A stretch of 64,000 nt of DNA. Source: an uncultured cyanobacterium. Its GTDB lineage: Bacteria > Cyanobacteriota > Cyanobacteriia > Cyanobacteriales > Nostocaceae. This document shows, one piece after another, positions 52,804-62,267 of this stretch. Position 1 is the stretch's first letter, and each line of letters starts with the position of its first letter. The stretch lies in assembly GCA_963740315.1 (NCBI GenBank), contig CAVUDP010000004.1, forward strand, positions 448,001 through 512,000, in the 5' to 3' direction. Below the pieces are notes generated by a model that was not told where the DNA came from, did no database searches, and saw only the letters and a list, made by a program, of their open reading frames with translations. A program made the position numbers and the translations under genes.

Positions 52804-54093
52804 TTATTTAGGATCGTTCAAAATATTCCATTTTCTAGGCTGATAAAATTCACATTGAGACATCAGTTCGTAGCTTTTAACCTTAAATTTAAAATTTACA
52901 TGATCGTAGATGTAATTCGGCATTTTCTTAATCCAAATCCTACTCGCATAAGCACCTGGTTTTAGACCGAAATAAGGCATCTGTATTTGCAATTCGGATG
53001 TTCCTGGAAGAACTTCTATATTTACTTTATCTATGTTACTGTCTAGATTTAAAATGTTTTCACCTTCACCAAAAGGGTCTTTAATAAGAACACTAAGTAT
53101 TGCATTCGGAATTGTAATCCGGGATTTGCATTTAACACATAAAAAAGTTGGTTGTCCGCTTATAGGGTAATCGATAATATTACCTTCACCATCTTTAAAA
53201 TAAGCTGCAATAATATCTAAGCCGCTACTTTGCTCTTCCGGTTTTTCTTCAAAGAACACGGCTCCATCAGATTGATCGTTTCCTCCTACAAATAAATCTT
53301 CTTCATATTGGCGCATTACAGAAACTGCATCTCCTTGTGCAATTAATTTACCTTTCTTTAGAAAAATAGCTGATTGGCAAATTGATAAAATAGAATTAGG
53401 ATTATGAGCTACCAATACAAAAGTCGTTCCTTTTTCAAGTAATTCGGATAGCTTTCTATAGCACTTGAGTCTAAATTGAATATCTCCTACAGCCAATACT
53501 TCATCAATAAGAAGAATATCTGGCTCGGTATGAATTGCACTAGCAAAACCTAATCTGGCAGCCATTCCAGAACTGTAGGTTTGAACTGGCGAATCCATTG
53601 CATCTCCGATTTCTGCAAACTCTATAACGTCATCAAATCTCTCGTCAATTTCTTTTTTTGACAAACCCAAAATTGACATATTGGCATAAATGTTTTCCCG
53701 CCCCGTCAAAATTGGATTAAACCCAGCACCTAATGCAATTAATGGCGCAACTCTACCATTAATTTCCACTATGCCAGCATCTGGTTTAATTAAACCTGCA
53801 ATAATTCTTAGTAGAGTAGATTTGCCACTACCATTTTTTCCTACTAAACCGATGGATTCTCCCTTTCTTAATTGAAAGTTGACATCTTCAAGTGCCCAAA
53901 ATTCTTTGGTACGCAGATTTTCGCTTGTCTTTCGCAGCCCTGATATCTCAGAAGCGATATCTTGAACGCCATAGAATAAAGAGCGTTTTAAATCTCGACA
54001 GAATTTTTTAGAAACACCACTAACACTCAGAACAATTTCACTATCGTTATTCGGTGGCTTTTCTGAAATTTCTTCTTTATTAATACTTATCAT
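52804..54093 (-). CDS. wzt: Polysaccharide ABC exporter ATPase with Wzt C-terminal domain
   Basis: GKNGSGKST, YSSGMAARLGF, IDEVLAVGD; C-terminal extension of about 150 aa. Confidence 0.95.
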   Translation of the reverse strand: MISINKEEISEKPPNNDSEIVLSVSGVSKKFCRDLKRSLFYGVQDIASEISGLRKTSENLRTKEFWALEDVNFQLRKGESIGLVGKNGSGKSTLLRIIAGLIKPDAGIVEINGRVAPLIALGAGFNPILTGRENIYANMSILGLSKKEIDERFDDVIEFAEIGDAMDSPVQTYSSGMAARLGFASAIHTEPDILLIDEVLAVGDIQFRLKCYRKLSELLEKGTTFVLVAHNPNSILSICQSAIFLKKGKLIAQGDAVSVMRQYEEDLFVGGNDQSDGAVFFEEKPEEQSSGLDIIAAYFKDGEGNIIDYPISGQPTFLCVKCKSRITIPNAILSVLIKDPFGEGENILNLDSNIDKVNIEVLPGTSELQIQMPYFGLKPGAYASRIWIKKMPNYIYDHVNFKFKVKSYELMSQCEFYQPRKWNILNDPK

Positions 54094-54095
54094 AA

Positions 54096-54986
54096 TTATG
54101 AACTCATCCTCTCAACTACATAGGGCATTGCTAAACGATAGATAATCCAAGCAATTAGTAATCCGATAATTGCAATCAAACTTGTAATCCAGAAACCTTG
54201 AGGATTAGAAATTATACCTGTTGTTGCTAACTCCCGCGTTGTCACTAGCAAAGGCGTAACGGGATTAAGTTTTACAATGCTGCCAAATACTCCGTCAGTC
54301 GGAATTGGGTATACAACTGGCGTAAGGAACAACCAAAAGCTAGTTGCTAAGGTAATACCCATTGAAAAATCTTGATAAAGTGCGCCCATCGGAGCTAATA
54401 ACAAACCAATAAACGTTCCGAGTACGATTAGGTGAATTAAAGCTACTGGTGCTAAAACTAAGCTCCAAGTTACTGGTATTTTGAACCAAATAAATAAACC
54501 TACAATTAAAATCAGCTTGATGCTAAAGTTAAAAAATACTTCACCAAGTTTGGCAAGAATCAAGGCTTCACGAGGAAAGTTAATCCTTGACAACATTGAT
54601 TTTGCAACTGTTACAGCTTGAATCGGACCTTGGAGAGATTCAACAAAGGTTTGCCATAATGTCATACTGAACATGACGTAGGCAGGATAAGGAATATCAG
54701 TATCACCAATATTTACAACACCACCGCTTTTGGCAAAGGTAAAGGTAGCAGCCAGAACTATCGGAGGTATAACTGCCCAGAAAATTCCGAGAAATGACTG
54801 GCGGTATTTAGCGCTGATGTCGCGAATCAACAGCCGCCAAGCAAGTTCTCTTGATGCCAACAAGTCCCGCCACATATCTTTTAATAATTGCAGAGGTTTT
54901 CGCATTCGACTTTCAGGTCGATGCACTACTCTGGGAAAGGAACGTGCTATTTTATTTTGTTTAGAATTAGATGAACCTTTATACAT
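54096..54986 (-). CDS. wzm: Polysaccharide ABC exporter permease
   Basis: RDISAKYRQSFLG, INFPRE, FLTPVVYP, LNP. Confidence 0.95.
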   Translation of the reverse strand: MYKGSSNSKQNKIARSFPRVVHRPESRMRKPLQLLKDMWRDLLASRELAWRLLIRDISAKYRQSFLGIFWAVIPPIVLAATFTFAKSGGVVNIGDTDIPYPAYVMFSMTLWQTFVESLQGPIQAVTVAKSMLSRINFPREALILAKLGEVFFNFSIKLILIVGLFIWFKIPVTWSLVLAPVALIHLIVLGTFIGLLLAPMGALYQDFSMGITLATSFWLFLTPVVYPIPTDGVFGSIVKLNPVTPLLVTTRELATTGIISNPQGFWITSLIAIIGLLIAWIIYRLAMPYVVERMSS

Positions 54987-55244
54987 AAAAATATAACTAA
55001 TTACCTGATGTATTTTATTAATAGAATCAGTCTGTTATGATATATCTATTGAATTAGGTTTTCCTCCTCTAAATTTAGTTATCAAAATTAAAATAAGTTC
55101 CGTAGTTTTTTTAAATTTAATTGTCATCTAGAATATTAATTAATATTGATAAAAAATAATCGGATGAAATTAGTATTTATTTAGCAATACTATCAATTAA
55201 ATGTAAAATTAATGCACCACTAATAAAATAACTTTACTGTTTTA

Positions 55245-55286
55245 GAGGTGATGCTTAAACATCTGCGATAGAAGTCTCATCACCTC
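55245..55286. terminator. Hairpin downstream of the WecB/TagA gene
   Basis: GAGGTGATG...CATCACCTC 9-bp arms with a long loop. Confidence 0.35.
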
Positions 55287-55349
55287 CGTTGTTATTCAAC
55301 AGAATTAGGTAAAAATAAACAAGTACCTAACAATACAATTAAGAATGCC

Positions 55350-56144
55350 TTATTTCAAATTGCTTGCTGAATTCGAGACTGAATAATCTTTAGTTATCAA
55401 TTGCTTCATCGCTAACCACACAAATGGTGGAATAGTTTTCGTATATCTACCCCCAAGGCGACGAGGCTCTTGCAACCATCGATATAGCCATTCAAATCCA
55501 GACTCTCTGACTATACGAGGTGCCCTTTTATGAAGTCCTGCATAAACAGGGAAAGCTCCACCCAAGCCAATCATTACCGCTTGGATTTTATCTTTGTGTT
55601 CGGACATCCACTTTTCCTGTTTTGGACAGCCTAAAGATACAAAAACCACACCTGCACCACTATCATTAATTTTTTTAATCAATGCTTCGTCTTCACTTGG
55701 AGTAAGCGGACGAAATGGTAATGGTTCCATCGCCGCAATCTTCAAGTCAGGATATTCTTTCTTTAATTTGCTTCTCATTCCGGAAAGAATTTGTGTTTGA
55801 GAACCTAGAAAAAAGAGACTGACATTCCGTTTAGGTGCTGATTGACATACAGAAGCTAAAATATCCAGTCCTGCGACTCTATCTTGAGAAGTCGCTCCTA
55901 ACTTTTTCATCATCCAAACTAAAGGCATACCATCCGGAGTCACAATATCAGCATCTTTTAATACACTGGCAAACTCCGGGTTCCAGTGAGCTTCCATCAG
56001 CATATGTACATTAGCTACACATACTGTCTTACTCTTACGTTCGCTCGCCCACTGAATAATTGTTTGTATCTGCTCATGCAAACGCAAAGCAGTAATCGGA
56101 AAATCTAGCACTTTCCGAGTCGGCAGAGTAACTGCCTTCACCAT
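55350..56144 (-). CDS. WecB/TagA/CpsF family glycosyltransferase (GT26)
   Basis: ANVHML, TPDGMP, RVAGLD, SLGCPKQE, RAP...GFEWLYR..QEPRRL. Confidence 0.95.
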   Translation of the reverse strand: MVKAVTLPTRKVLDFPITALRLHEQIQTIIQWASERKSKTVCVANVHMLMEAHWNPEFASVLKDADIVTPDGMPLVWMMKKLGATSQDRVAGLDILASVCQSAPKRNVSLFFLGSQTQILSGMRSKLKKEYPDLKIAAMEPLPFRPLTPSEDEALIKKINDSGAGVVFVSLGCPKQEKWMSEHKDKIQAVMIGLGGAFPVYAGLHKRAPRIVRESGFEWLYRWLQEPRRLGGRYTKTIPPFVWLAMKQLITKDYSVSNSASNLK

Positions 56145-56684
56145 AAGTCACTCCTTGTGTAACACCTAAAATAGCTAAGAATATTCGACCAAACTACTGA
56201 TATAGATAATCAAAATAGATTTATGTTTTAGCTTAGTCTTGTTGCTTAAAACTTAGTGAATGGTCGGCACTTGACACAGGTGGATGCAGTGGCTTTTAGT
56301 GTTAACTTTAGCTTCCCTGGTAGTTATTAAATCATCTAGCCTTACAGTATATTACTTTACTAGTAAAAAACAATACTTTCAGTCGTTTTAGGTAAACTTT
56401 ATATTAACTTTACAAAGTTGATAAGATATATTTATAGGAACGTTATAATTCCTGTAAATTTCACTTACAAATAATAGTCAAAAATTTCACAAAAACTCTG
56501 TAAAATCACAGAATCTTGACTAGATATAAAGATTTTTTCTTCTATAAATTAATATTATATAAAAATAAGTAAGAATTAATTAACCCGATTGTATATTATT
56601 TTACTTTTTTCCTTAAGTAGACTAAATTAGTAATTTTTGATCTATATATAAAATATATTTTATTTGTCATTAGATAAAAACTTG

Positions 56685-56879
56685 TCAAAAAAAGGGGGAA
56701 AGATTTAATTTTCTTTCCCCCTGTTTATTCTTTTTATTGTTGTTTTGGTTATTTTCTTCTTTTAACCTTTTCCGTAGCATCTGCTGTTGTTTCTTAAGTT
56801 GTCTCTTTCTTGCAGCACCGCCTTTACCTTTGTCATTTCTTCCTTGGCGGCGGGGAGACTCCCATCTTTTAAGTTGCAT
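56685..56879 (-). CDS. Small highly basic protein, candidate alternative ribosome-rescue factor (ArfA-like regulation)
   Basis: 64 aa, 21 K/R, DKGKGG motif; AAGGA SD; TGnTATACT upstream; internal terminator before the stop. Confidence 0.7.
   Translation of the reverse strand: MQLKRWESPRRQGRNDKGKGGAARKRQLKKQQQMLRKRLKEENNQNNNKKNKQGERKLNLSPFF
56687..56722 (-). terminator. Intrinsic terminator lying inside the 3' end of the small basic ORF
   Basis: GGGGGAAAGA-8 nt-TCTTTCCCCC followed by T7, whose last T is the first base of the TGA stop. Confidence 0.8.
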
Positions 56880-56944
56880 GATTTAATTGTCCTTTTTTAT
56901 TTTATCGATACGATATTATTGTGAATTTTATCTTCATCTATAAT

Positions 56945-56953
56945 AGTATAGCA
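56945..56953 (-). promoter_or_regulatory. Extended -10 element (TGCTATACT) for the small basic ORF
   Basis: TGn-TATACT about 65 nt upstream of the ATG. Confidence 0.4.
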
Positions 56954-57416
56954 TAAGTGAAAAAGATAGATTAGAGCTAATGAATGCGATCGCGAAATAC
57001 AAGCTGATAATTATTTTTTTAGCGATTAATACAAAATTAGCAATTGCGAGAGTATTATCTTTGTTGGTATACAAAAAAAGATATATCCAGTATAATTAAT
57101 TTTTCATAATACTAAATTATTAACTAGGTGCTTAGTCTTTTTTACTAACAATAAATTGAGTATTCCTACGAAGACGGAAGACAATTAGCAAAACATTAAA
57201 AAGTTTCTTATCTTTACCTGAGCGATTGAGAACAAAGTCATTATTAATATAGATACATCGCCTTTTCTACATTTTCCGGAAAACAATGTTTAACGTATCG
57301 CTTTTAAACCGCAACGATTGGTTTTTTTTATTTATGAGGGGAGTAACTCTAACGATCCATCGGGTATTCTAGGCGTTAAGAACCTCTCGACACTGTAACT
57401 TTTTAGAAGTAACAAC

Positions 57417-57450
57417 AAAAAAGGTTTTCTATACTTAGATAGGAAACCTT
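57417..57450 (-). terminator. Terminator downstream of tRNA-Leu(CAA)
   Basis: AAGGTTTCCTAT-loop-ATAGAAAACCTT followed by a T run on the minus strand. Confidence 0.6.
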
Positions 57451-57489
57451 TGTGTAAAATATTTTTCTAGAATAATCTAATGTTTTTAA

Positions 57490-57571
57490 TGGGCCGGGAG
57501 AGACTCGAACTCTCACACCTTTCGGTGGCAGATTTTGAGTCTGCTGCGTCTACCAATTTCGCCACCAGCCC
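57490..57571 (-). tRNA. trnL: tRNA-Leu(CAA)
   Basis: GGGCTGG acceptor, GCAGA-CT-CAA-AA-TCTGC anticodon arm, long variable arm, GTTCGAGT; CCA not encoded. Confidence 0.96.
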
Positions 57572-58427
57572 TTTGGTGCATCTTCACTATTATACTCTAT
57601 TTTGCTATTTTGCAACAACTTTTCATAATCTTTACTACTTGCCCACCTGTCAATTTCTTTAGCACGCAGTACTGGTACGGGATGCGTTAGTTGTGCGGTT
57701 CTTGCAACTTTAACCATTTCTCCCAGTTCGTTCTTACTGATATCGTCGTAAGCGCGGGCTTGTTCGATAAAGGCATCAAGGTTGAGTTGTGGCGCAATGT
57801 TCGGCGAACCACCTGCCAATTTCATCAATACTGACATGACTACTTTGGGATCTTGGGTTGCTAACAATGCAGCGCGATCGCAAGTAAATTCCGCGCAACG
57901 AACCCATTCTAAAAGTTGTGCTTGAATGGCTTGTGCTAAAAATGCACCAACAGTAGGCACGGCTGTCGCTGCTAAAATCAATATATTAACTGGAGTCAGA
58001 TAAACGCTATGGTCGCACTTGAGATGTCCTAACTCATGGGCAATTACCGCTTGAGTTTCTTCAGGTGTGAGCATATCAATTAAGGAAGTATGCAGTACTA
58101 CAAAAGGCTGCTTACCTCGCATGGCAAAGGTATAAGCGTTGGGAGCCGGGTGTTGTTTTATGTAGAGTTGGGGAGGCTCAAGATCGAGTATATGACAGGC
58201 TTCTAGTAAAAGTTTGTGTAACGCCGGTAGTTGTTTGTCACTTACCAAAACGCTAGAAGCAATATTTTCTACATAAAAAACTTGCTCCGCTAAGGAACCA
58301 AGAGATTCCGTACCATCATATCTATACCTGGAATCTGCTTAAGCGCAATAGTCGCCTCTTTGTCAAGAGGATGACGGAAATAATCCGCTTTCAGACCAAT
58401 TAATTGAGTTTTTGCGAATGAGGACAT
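57550..58427 (-). pseudogene. M48 family Zn metallopeptidase with a 1-bp deletion at ~58302 (probably sequencing error); 3' end overlaps tRNA-Leu
   Basis: HELGH, AEFTCDR, THP; N-terminus MSSFAKTQLIGLKADYFRHPLD..MMVRN then frame change to LGSLAEQVFYVENIASS. Confidence 0.88.
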
Positions 58428-58507
58428 GGGGCGTTGCCAGCTCTAAAAAAAAGAAACTACGTTTTGGGGCTAGTCATACAAGCCCTCAAACATAGTATAA
58501 CGACAAA

Positions 58508-58534
58508 GTAGGGTAGACGAACTGCCTACCCTAC
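58508..58534. repeat. Small REP-like palindrome downstream of murA
   Basis: GTAGGGTAG-ACGAACTGC-CTACCCTAC. Confidence 0.55.
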
Positions 58535-58571
58535 CATAGATAACTATTACCGATCGCCGTATTTGAGCTAA

Positions 58572-59963
58572 CTAACTGCTCAGAGTTGCAGTACCATTGC
58601 TAGTTTTAGGAAAATTTTCTGCATCTGCCTCGGTGTGTTCTATACGCTCGATTTTTGCTCCTAGTTTCTGCAATTTTAAATCGAGTCTATCGTAACCACG
58701 GTCAAGGTAGTTCAATCCCTTAATTGTAGTTTCACCGCTTGCAGCCAAACCCGCTACTACCATAGCGGCAGCAGCCCGTAAGTCAGTACCTTCAACAGGT
58801 GCGCCGGATAACTGCGATACTCCTCTAACGAAGGCGGAATTGCCTTTAACGCGAATATCTGCTCCCAAACGATTCAATTCCGAAGCATGACGCAAACGAT
58901 TTTCAAATACCGTTTCATTGATGATACTATCGCCGTTCGCAACTGCTAGCAAAGACATAAACGGCGCTTGCATATCGGTGGGGAAACCAGGATGAGGCAT
59001 AGTATCAATATCTGTTGCCTTTAAAATTTCCGCCGGTTTGATACGCAAACAATTAACAGTTTCTTCAATTACAGAAACTCCAATTTCCTTTAATTTCGCA
59101 ATCACCGGCATCAAATGCTCTGGCATCACGGGTGATAATATTAATTCCGAACGAGTAATCGCTGCTGCAAGTAGAAATGTACCTGCTTCGATGCGATCGG
59201 GAATTACGTTGTAATCGGTAGAATGTAGTTGAGGAACGCCATTAATGATGATTTTACTGGTTCCGGCTCCTTCAATTTTTGCACCCATCGAAATACAGAA
59301 GTTCGCCAAATCGACTACTTCTGGTTCTCGTGCGGCATTTTCAATAATTGTTTCGCCATCAGCCAAAGTCGCAGCCATCATTAATGTTTCGGTAGCTCCT
59401 ACACTGGGAAGATCCAGGTAGATTTTGGCACCTTTGAGTCGGCGACTGCCATCGGTTACGCGAGCGTTACAAATACCATGTTCGATTTGAACTTCAGCTC
59501 CCATTGCTTGCAAACCCCGGACGTGAAGATCCACAGGTCTTGCTCCGATCGCACAACCGCCGGGTAAAGGCATTTGCGCTTCTCCCAGTCTGGCTAAAAG
59601 CGGACCGATCGCAAAGAAACTTGCTCTCAATTGAGTAACTAACTCGTAAGGAGCTTTCGAGGTAGTAATTTCACTGGCGTTAATGTCTATAATGTTTCCA
59701 TTACGCTGTATAGACATACCTAAAGCTGACAAAACTTCACCCATCCGCGATACATCCGCCAACAATGGAACGTTACGGATGCGACAATCTCCCGAACACA
59801 GCAAAGCTCCAGCCATTAAAACTAAAGCAGAATTTTTCGCACCGCTGATAGTTACCTCACCATCGAGTGCCCGTCCACCCCAAACTTTTAAGACTGAGGA
59901 GTCTGCTGTTTGAGATGAAATTTCTGGGTTACCGTTAGAAGTATTAATAATTCTATCCCCCAT
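58572..59963 (-). CDS. murA: UDP-N-acetylglucosamine 1-carboxyvinyltransferase
   Basis: [49 protein letters not shown]. Confidence 0.98.
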   Translation of the reverse strand: MGDRIINTSNGNPEISSQTADSSVLKVWGGRALDGEVTISGAKNSALVLMAGALLCSGDCRIRNVPLLADVSRMGEVLSALGMSIQRNGNIIDINASEITTSKAPYELVTQLRASFFAIGPLLARLGEAQMPLPGGCAIGARPVDLHVRGLQAMGAEVQIEHGICNARVTDGSRRLKGAKIYLDLPSVGATETLMMAATLADGETIIENAAREPEVVDLANFCISMGAKIEGAGTSKIIINGVPQLHSTDYNVIPDRIEAGTFLLAAAITRSELILSPVMPEHLMPVIAKLKEIGVSVIEETVNCLRIKPAEILKATDIDTMPHPGFPTDMQAPFMSLLAVANGDSIINETVFENRLRHASELNRLGADIRVKGNSAFVRGVSQLSGAPVEGTDLRAAAAMVVAGLAASGETTIKGLNYLDRGYDRLDLKLQKLGAKIERIEHTEADAENFPKTSNGTATLSS

Positions 59964-60162
59964 ATAGTATTAATGGATTTTATAAAGGAAGGAAGTTGGT
60001 TTTGATTCTACAGTAAAGAATCCATTTGTCTACATATCCGCGATACATATACTCAGGAATTAGTTACCAGTAATCGGTTACAAATTTTCCAAGTTTTCTT
60101 AGAGAAATTATTATAGTTGACAAAAGTAAATAATTAAGTAAAAATCAGAAATTGTCAACAAA

Positions 60163-60246
60163 GCGGAACTGGCGGAATTGGTAGACGCGCTAGATTCAGG
60201 TTCTAGTGCCCCACAAGGCTTCCGGGTTCAAGTCCCGGGTTCCGCA
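60163..60246 (+). tRNA. trnL: tRNA-Leu(CAG)
   Basis: GCGGAAC acceptor, CTAGA-TT-CAG-GT-TCTAG, variable arm, GGTTCAAGTCC; TTGACA at 60117 upstream. Confidence 0.97.
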
Positions 60247-60337
60247 TTGCTTTGAACTTGATTTTGAATAAATCTAAATCTTGGACGGTTTCTATGACTC
60301 TAGACATAGGGGAACGCTGTCGGGGAAATATCAAATC

Positions 60338-61129
60338 GTGCTAACTAGTTTACAAAATCCTCTGGTAAAACAAATTCGCAAGCTCCACTCTAGCAAAGAG
60401 AGGCACAAGCAAGAATTATTTTTGTTGGAAGGAACGCATTTATTGGAAGAAGCTTGTAGTACGAATTATCCCTTAGATACTTTGTGTTGTACTCCACAGT
60501 GGCAAGCAAATCACGAACAACTTTGGCAGCTAGCTCAACAAAAGTGCGATCGCGCTCTTGTTGTCAGCGAGGATGTAATCAAAGCCTTAGCGACTACGGT
60601 ACAGCCAGATGGTGTGGTAGCGACAGCCAAACGGGGGTATGCTGTCGCGAAAATACCGAGTAGCGGCTTACAGATAGCTTTGGAAACCGTGCAAGACCCT
60701 GGTAATCTAGGAACCATAATTCGTACTGCTGCTGCTGCTGGGGCATCGGGTTTATGGTTGAGTCAAAATAGTGTGGATTTAGATAATCCGAAGGTACTGC
60801 GTGCTTCTGCTGGACAATGGTTCCGTTTACCAATGCAAGTCAGTGAGGATTTGAAAGCGACAGTAGTCGGCGCGAAAGAAGCAGGTATGCAAGTAATCGC
60901 AACTTTACCGGGTGCAAATTTAACTTATTGGCAGGTAAACTGGCTAAAACCAAGTTTAATTCTATTAGGTAATGAAGGTGCTGGTTTATCGACCGATTTG
61001 GCACAAATGGCAGATTTAAACGTGAAAATTCCGCTTCAACCTGGTGTAGAGTCTTTGAATGTAGCTATCAGTGCCGCGTTAATTTTATATGAGGCGCAGC
61101 GTCAGAAAACTCAAACGCGATCGCAATAA
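60338..61129 (+). CDS. TrmH/SpoU family RNA 2'-O-methyltransferase
   Basis: GTG start (LTSLQNPLVK); QDPGNLGTIIRTA, GNEGAGL, VESLNVA. Confidence 0.93.
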   Translation: MLTSLQNPLVKQIRKLHSSKERHKQELFLLEGTHLLEEACSTNYPLDTLCCTPQWQANHEQLWQLAQQKCDRALVVSEDVIKALATTVQPDGVVATAKRGYAVAKIPSSGLQIALETVQDPGNLGTIIRTAAAAGASGLWLSQNSVDLDNPKVLRASAGQWFRLPMQVSEDLKATVVGAKEAGMQVIATLPGANLTYWQVNWLKPSLILLGNEGAGLSTDLAQMADLNVKIPLQPGVESLNVAISAALILYEAQRQKTQTRSQ

Positions 61130-61214
61130 TTTGTCAATACATTTTAGGACTTACGCAAAGCCCCCCAATGCATCGCAGGGCTGATAAATTGTCAATATGA
61201 TTTGAACAATGCTC

Positions 61215-61279
61215 AGAAGTCGGGTTTTTATGTGAGAGTATCTGTAACAACCTGACAATTTTATAAAAACCCGACTTCT
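61215..61279. repeat. 17-bp perfect inverted repeat between convergent genes (bidirectional terminator or small dispersed element)
   Basis: AGAAGTCGGGTTTTTAT (61215-61231) / ATAAAAACCCGACTTCT (61263-61279). Confidence 0.7.
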
Positions 61280-61292
61280 CAACTGAATTTAC

Positions 61293-61541
61293 TTAAGCTT
61301 CTTTATCTTTACTTTCAAAATATTGTTCGATATCAGCTACCGCATCTTCCCATTGTGCTAAATCAAATTTTGGTGATTCTTCAACTGCTTGCTTTTGGGG
61401 AATAGGATCGACTTTTGGTTTCGGCGCTTGCTGTTGTTCTTGATTTTCTTCTATTTCTTCTAAAAGATGTTGCAACTGATCCAGGGATTCTTGAAACTCC
61501 TTTGCAGCACTGTTACGTTGTCCTTGTTCGTTTTGCTCCAT
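61293..61541 (-). CDS. Small acidic hypothetical protein
   Basis: MEQNEQGQRNSAAKEFQESLDQL...WEDAVADIEQYF; ATG at 61541. Confidence 0.7.
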   Translation of the reverse strand: MEQNEQGQRNSAAKEFQESLDQLQHLLEEIEENQEQQQAPKPKVDPIPQKQAVEESPKFDLAQWEDAVADIEQYFESKDKEA

Positions 61542-62070
61542 AATATCTCGTTTAGTTTTAATCCCTAATATCAATAAGGCGCATTTCTGCCCCAAGTATA
61601 AAACTATAGTAGGCTTATACACTTATTATACATTCTTGCTTCGGTGAATCCTCAAGTTTTCCGGACAAAGAAAGATATAATTACCACCAATCTAAAATAG
61701 ATCAATAAATCTAAAAATTGTTTATATGTTTTTATTTAATAAATCAATTGCTAAATAATAACGTTAAGATTTTTTTCAAAAAAGGTCGATCGGGTAGTGG
61801 GAATGATTAAGAGTGGGAGAATAAAAATAGAGATTAAAAAATTTGGTAAGAACACTCTTTTTCAGTACTTGCTCATAGCAGGCGCTGCATATCGGTTCGT
61901 TTTTTAAGCATGTAAAGGCAGTCTGGTATTTAGTTCGGATAGACGACCGTAATTCCTCATATCTCGCAAAAGCTGTTTGTAAGAATTACAGTCATAATCG
62001 AGATATTTTGTGTACGGAGAATAAGAGTGTTTAAACGAACTAAATATAACTAAGAATCAGAGGTATAAAA

Positions 62071-62208
62071 ATGGCAATTCGCAATGATTTAAAAAATGGT
62101 TTGTGGCAAAAACTACGGAATGATTCTGTTAGTTGGGGAATGTTAGCGCTTTGGGTATGTGGTTTATTCGTTTTGTTAACGATGATGACTATGTATTCTC
62201 GCGTTTAA
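62071..62208 (+). CDS. 45-aa single-pass membrane microprotein (below the ORF-track cutoff)
   Basis: AGAGGT SD; MAIRNDLKNGLWQKLRNDSVSWGMLALWVCGLFVLLTMMTMYSRV*; hairpin right after the stop. Confidence 0.6.
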   Translation: MAIRNDLKNGLWQKLRNDSVSWGMLALWVCGLFVLLTMMTMYSRV

Positions 62209-62217
62209 AAATACAAT

Positions 62218-62243
62218 CGTTCCCAACCTGGAGGCTGGGAACG
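62218..62243. terminator. REP-like hairpin between convergent genes
   Basis: CGTTCCCAACC-TGGA-GGCTGGGAACG. Confidence 0.55.
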
Positions 62244-62267
62244 CATTTGTAAAGGCTTTACCTTTTG

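Noticed and set aside
57480..57662. 60-aa plus-strand ORF
   Set aside because: Antisense reading of tRNA-Leu(CAA) and the M48 3' end
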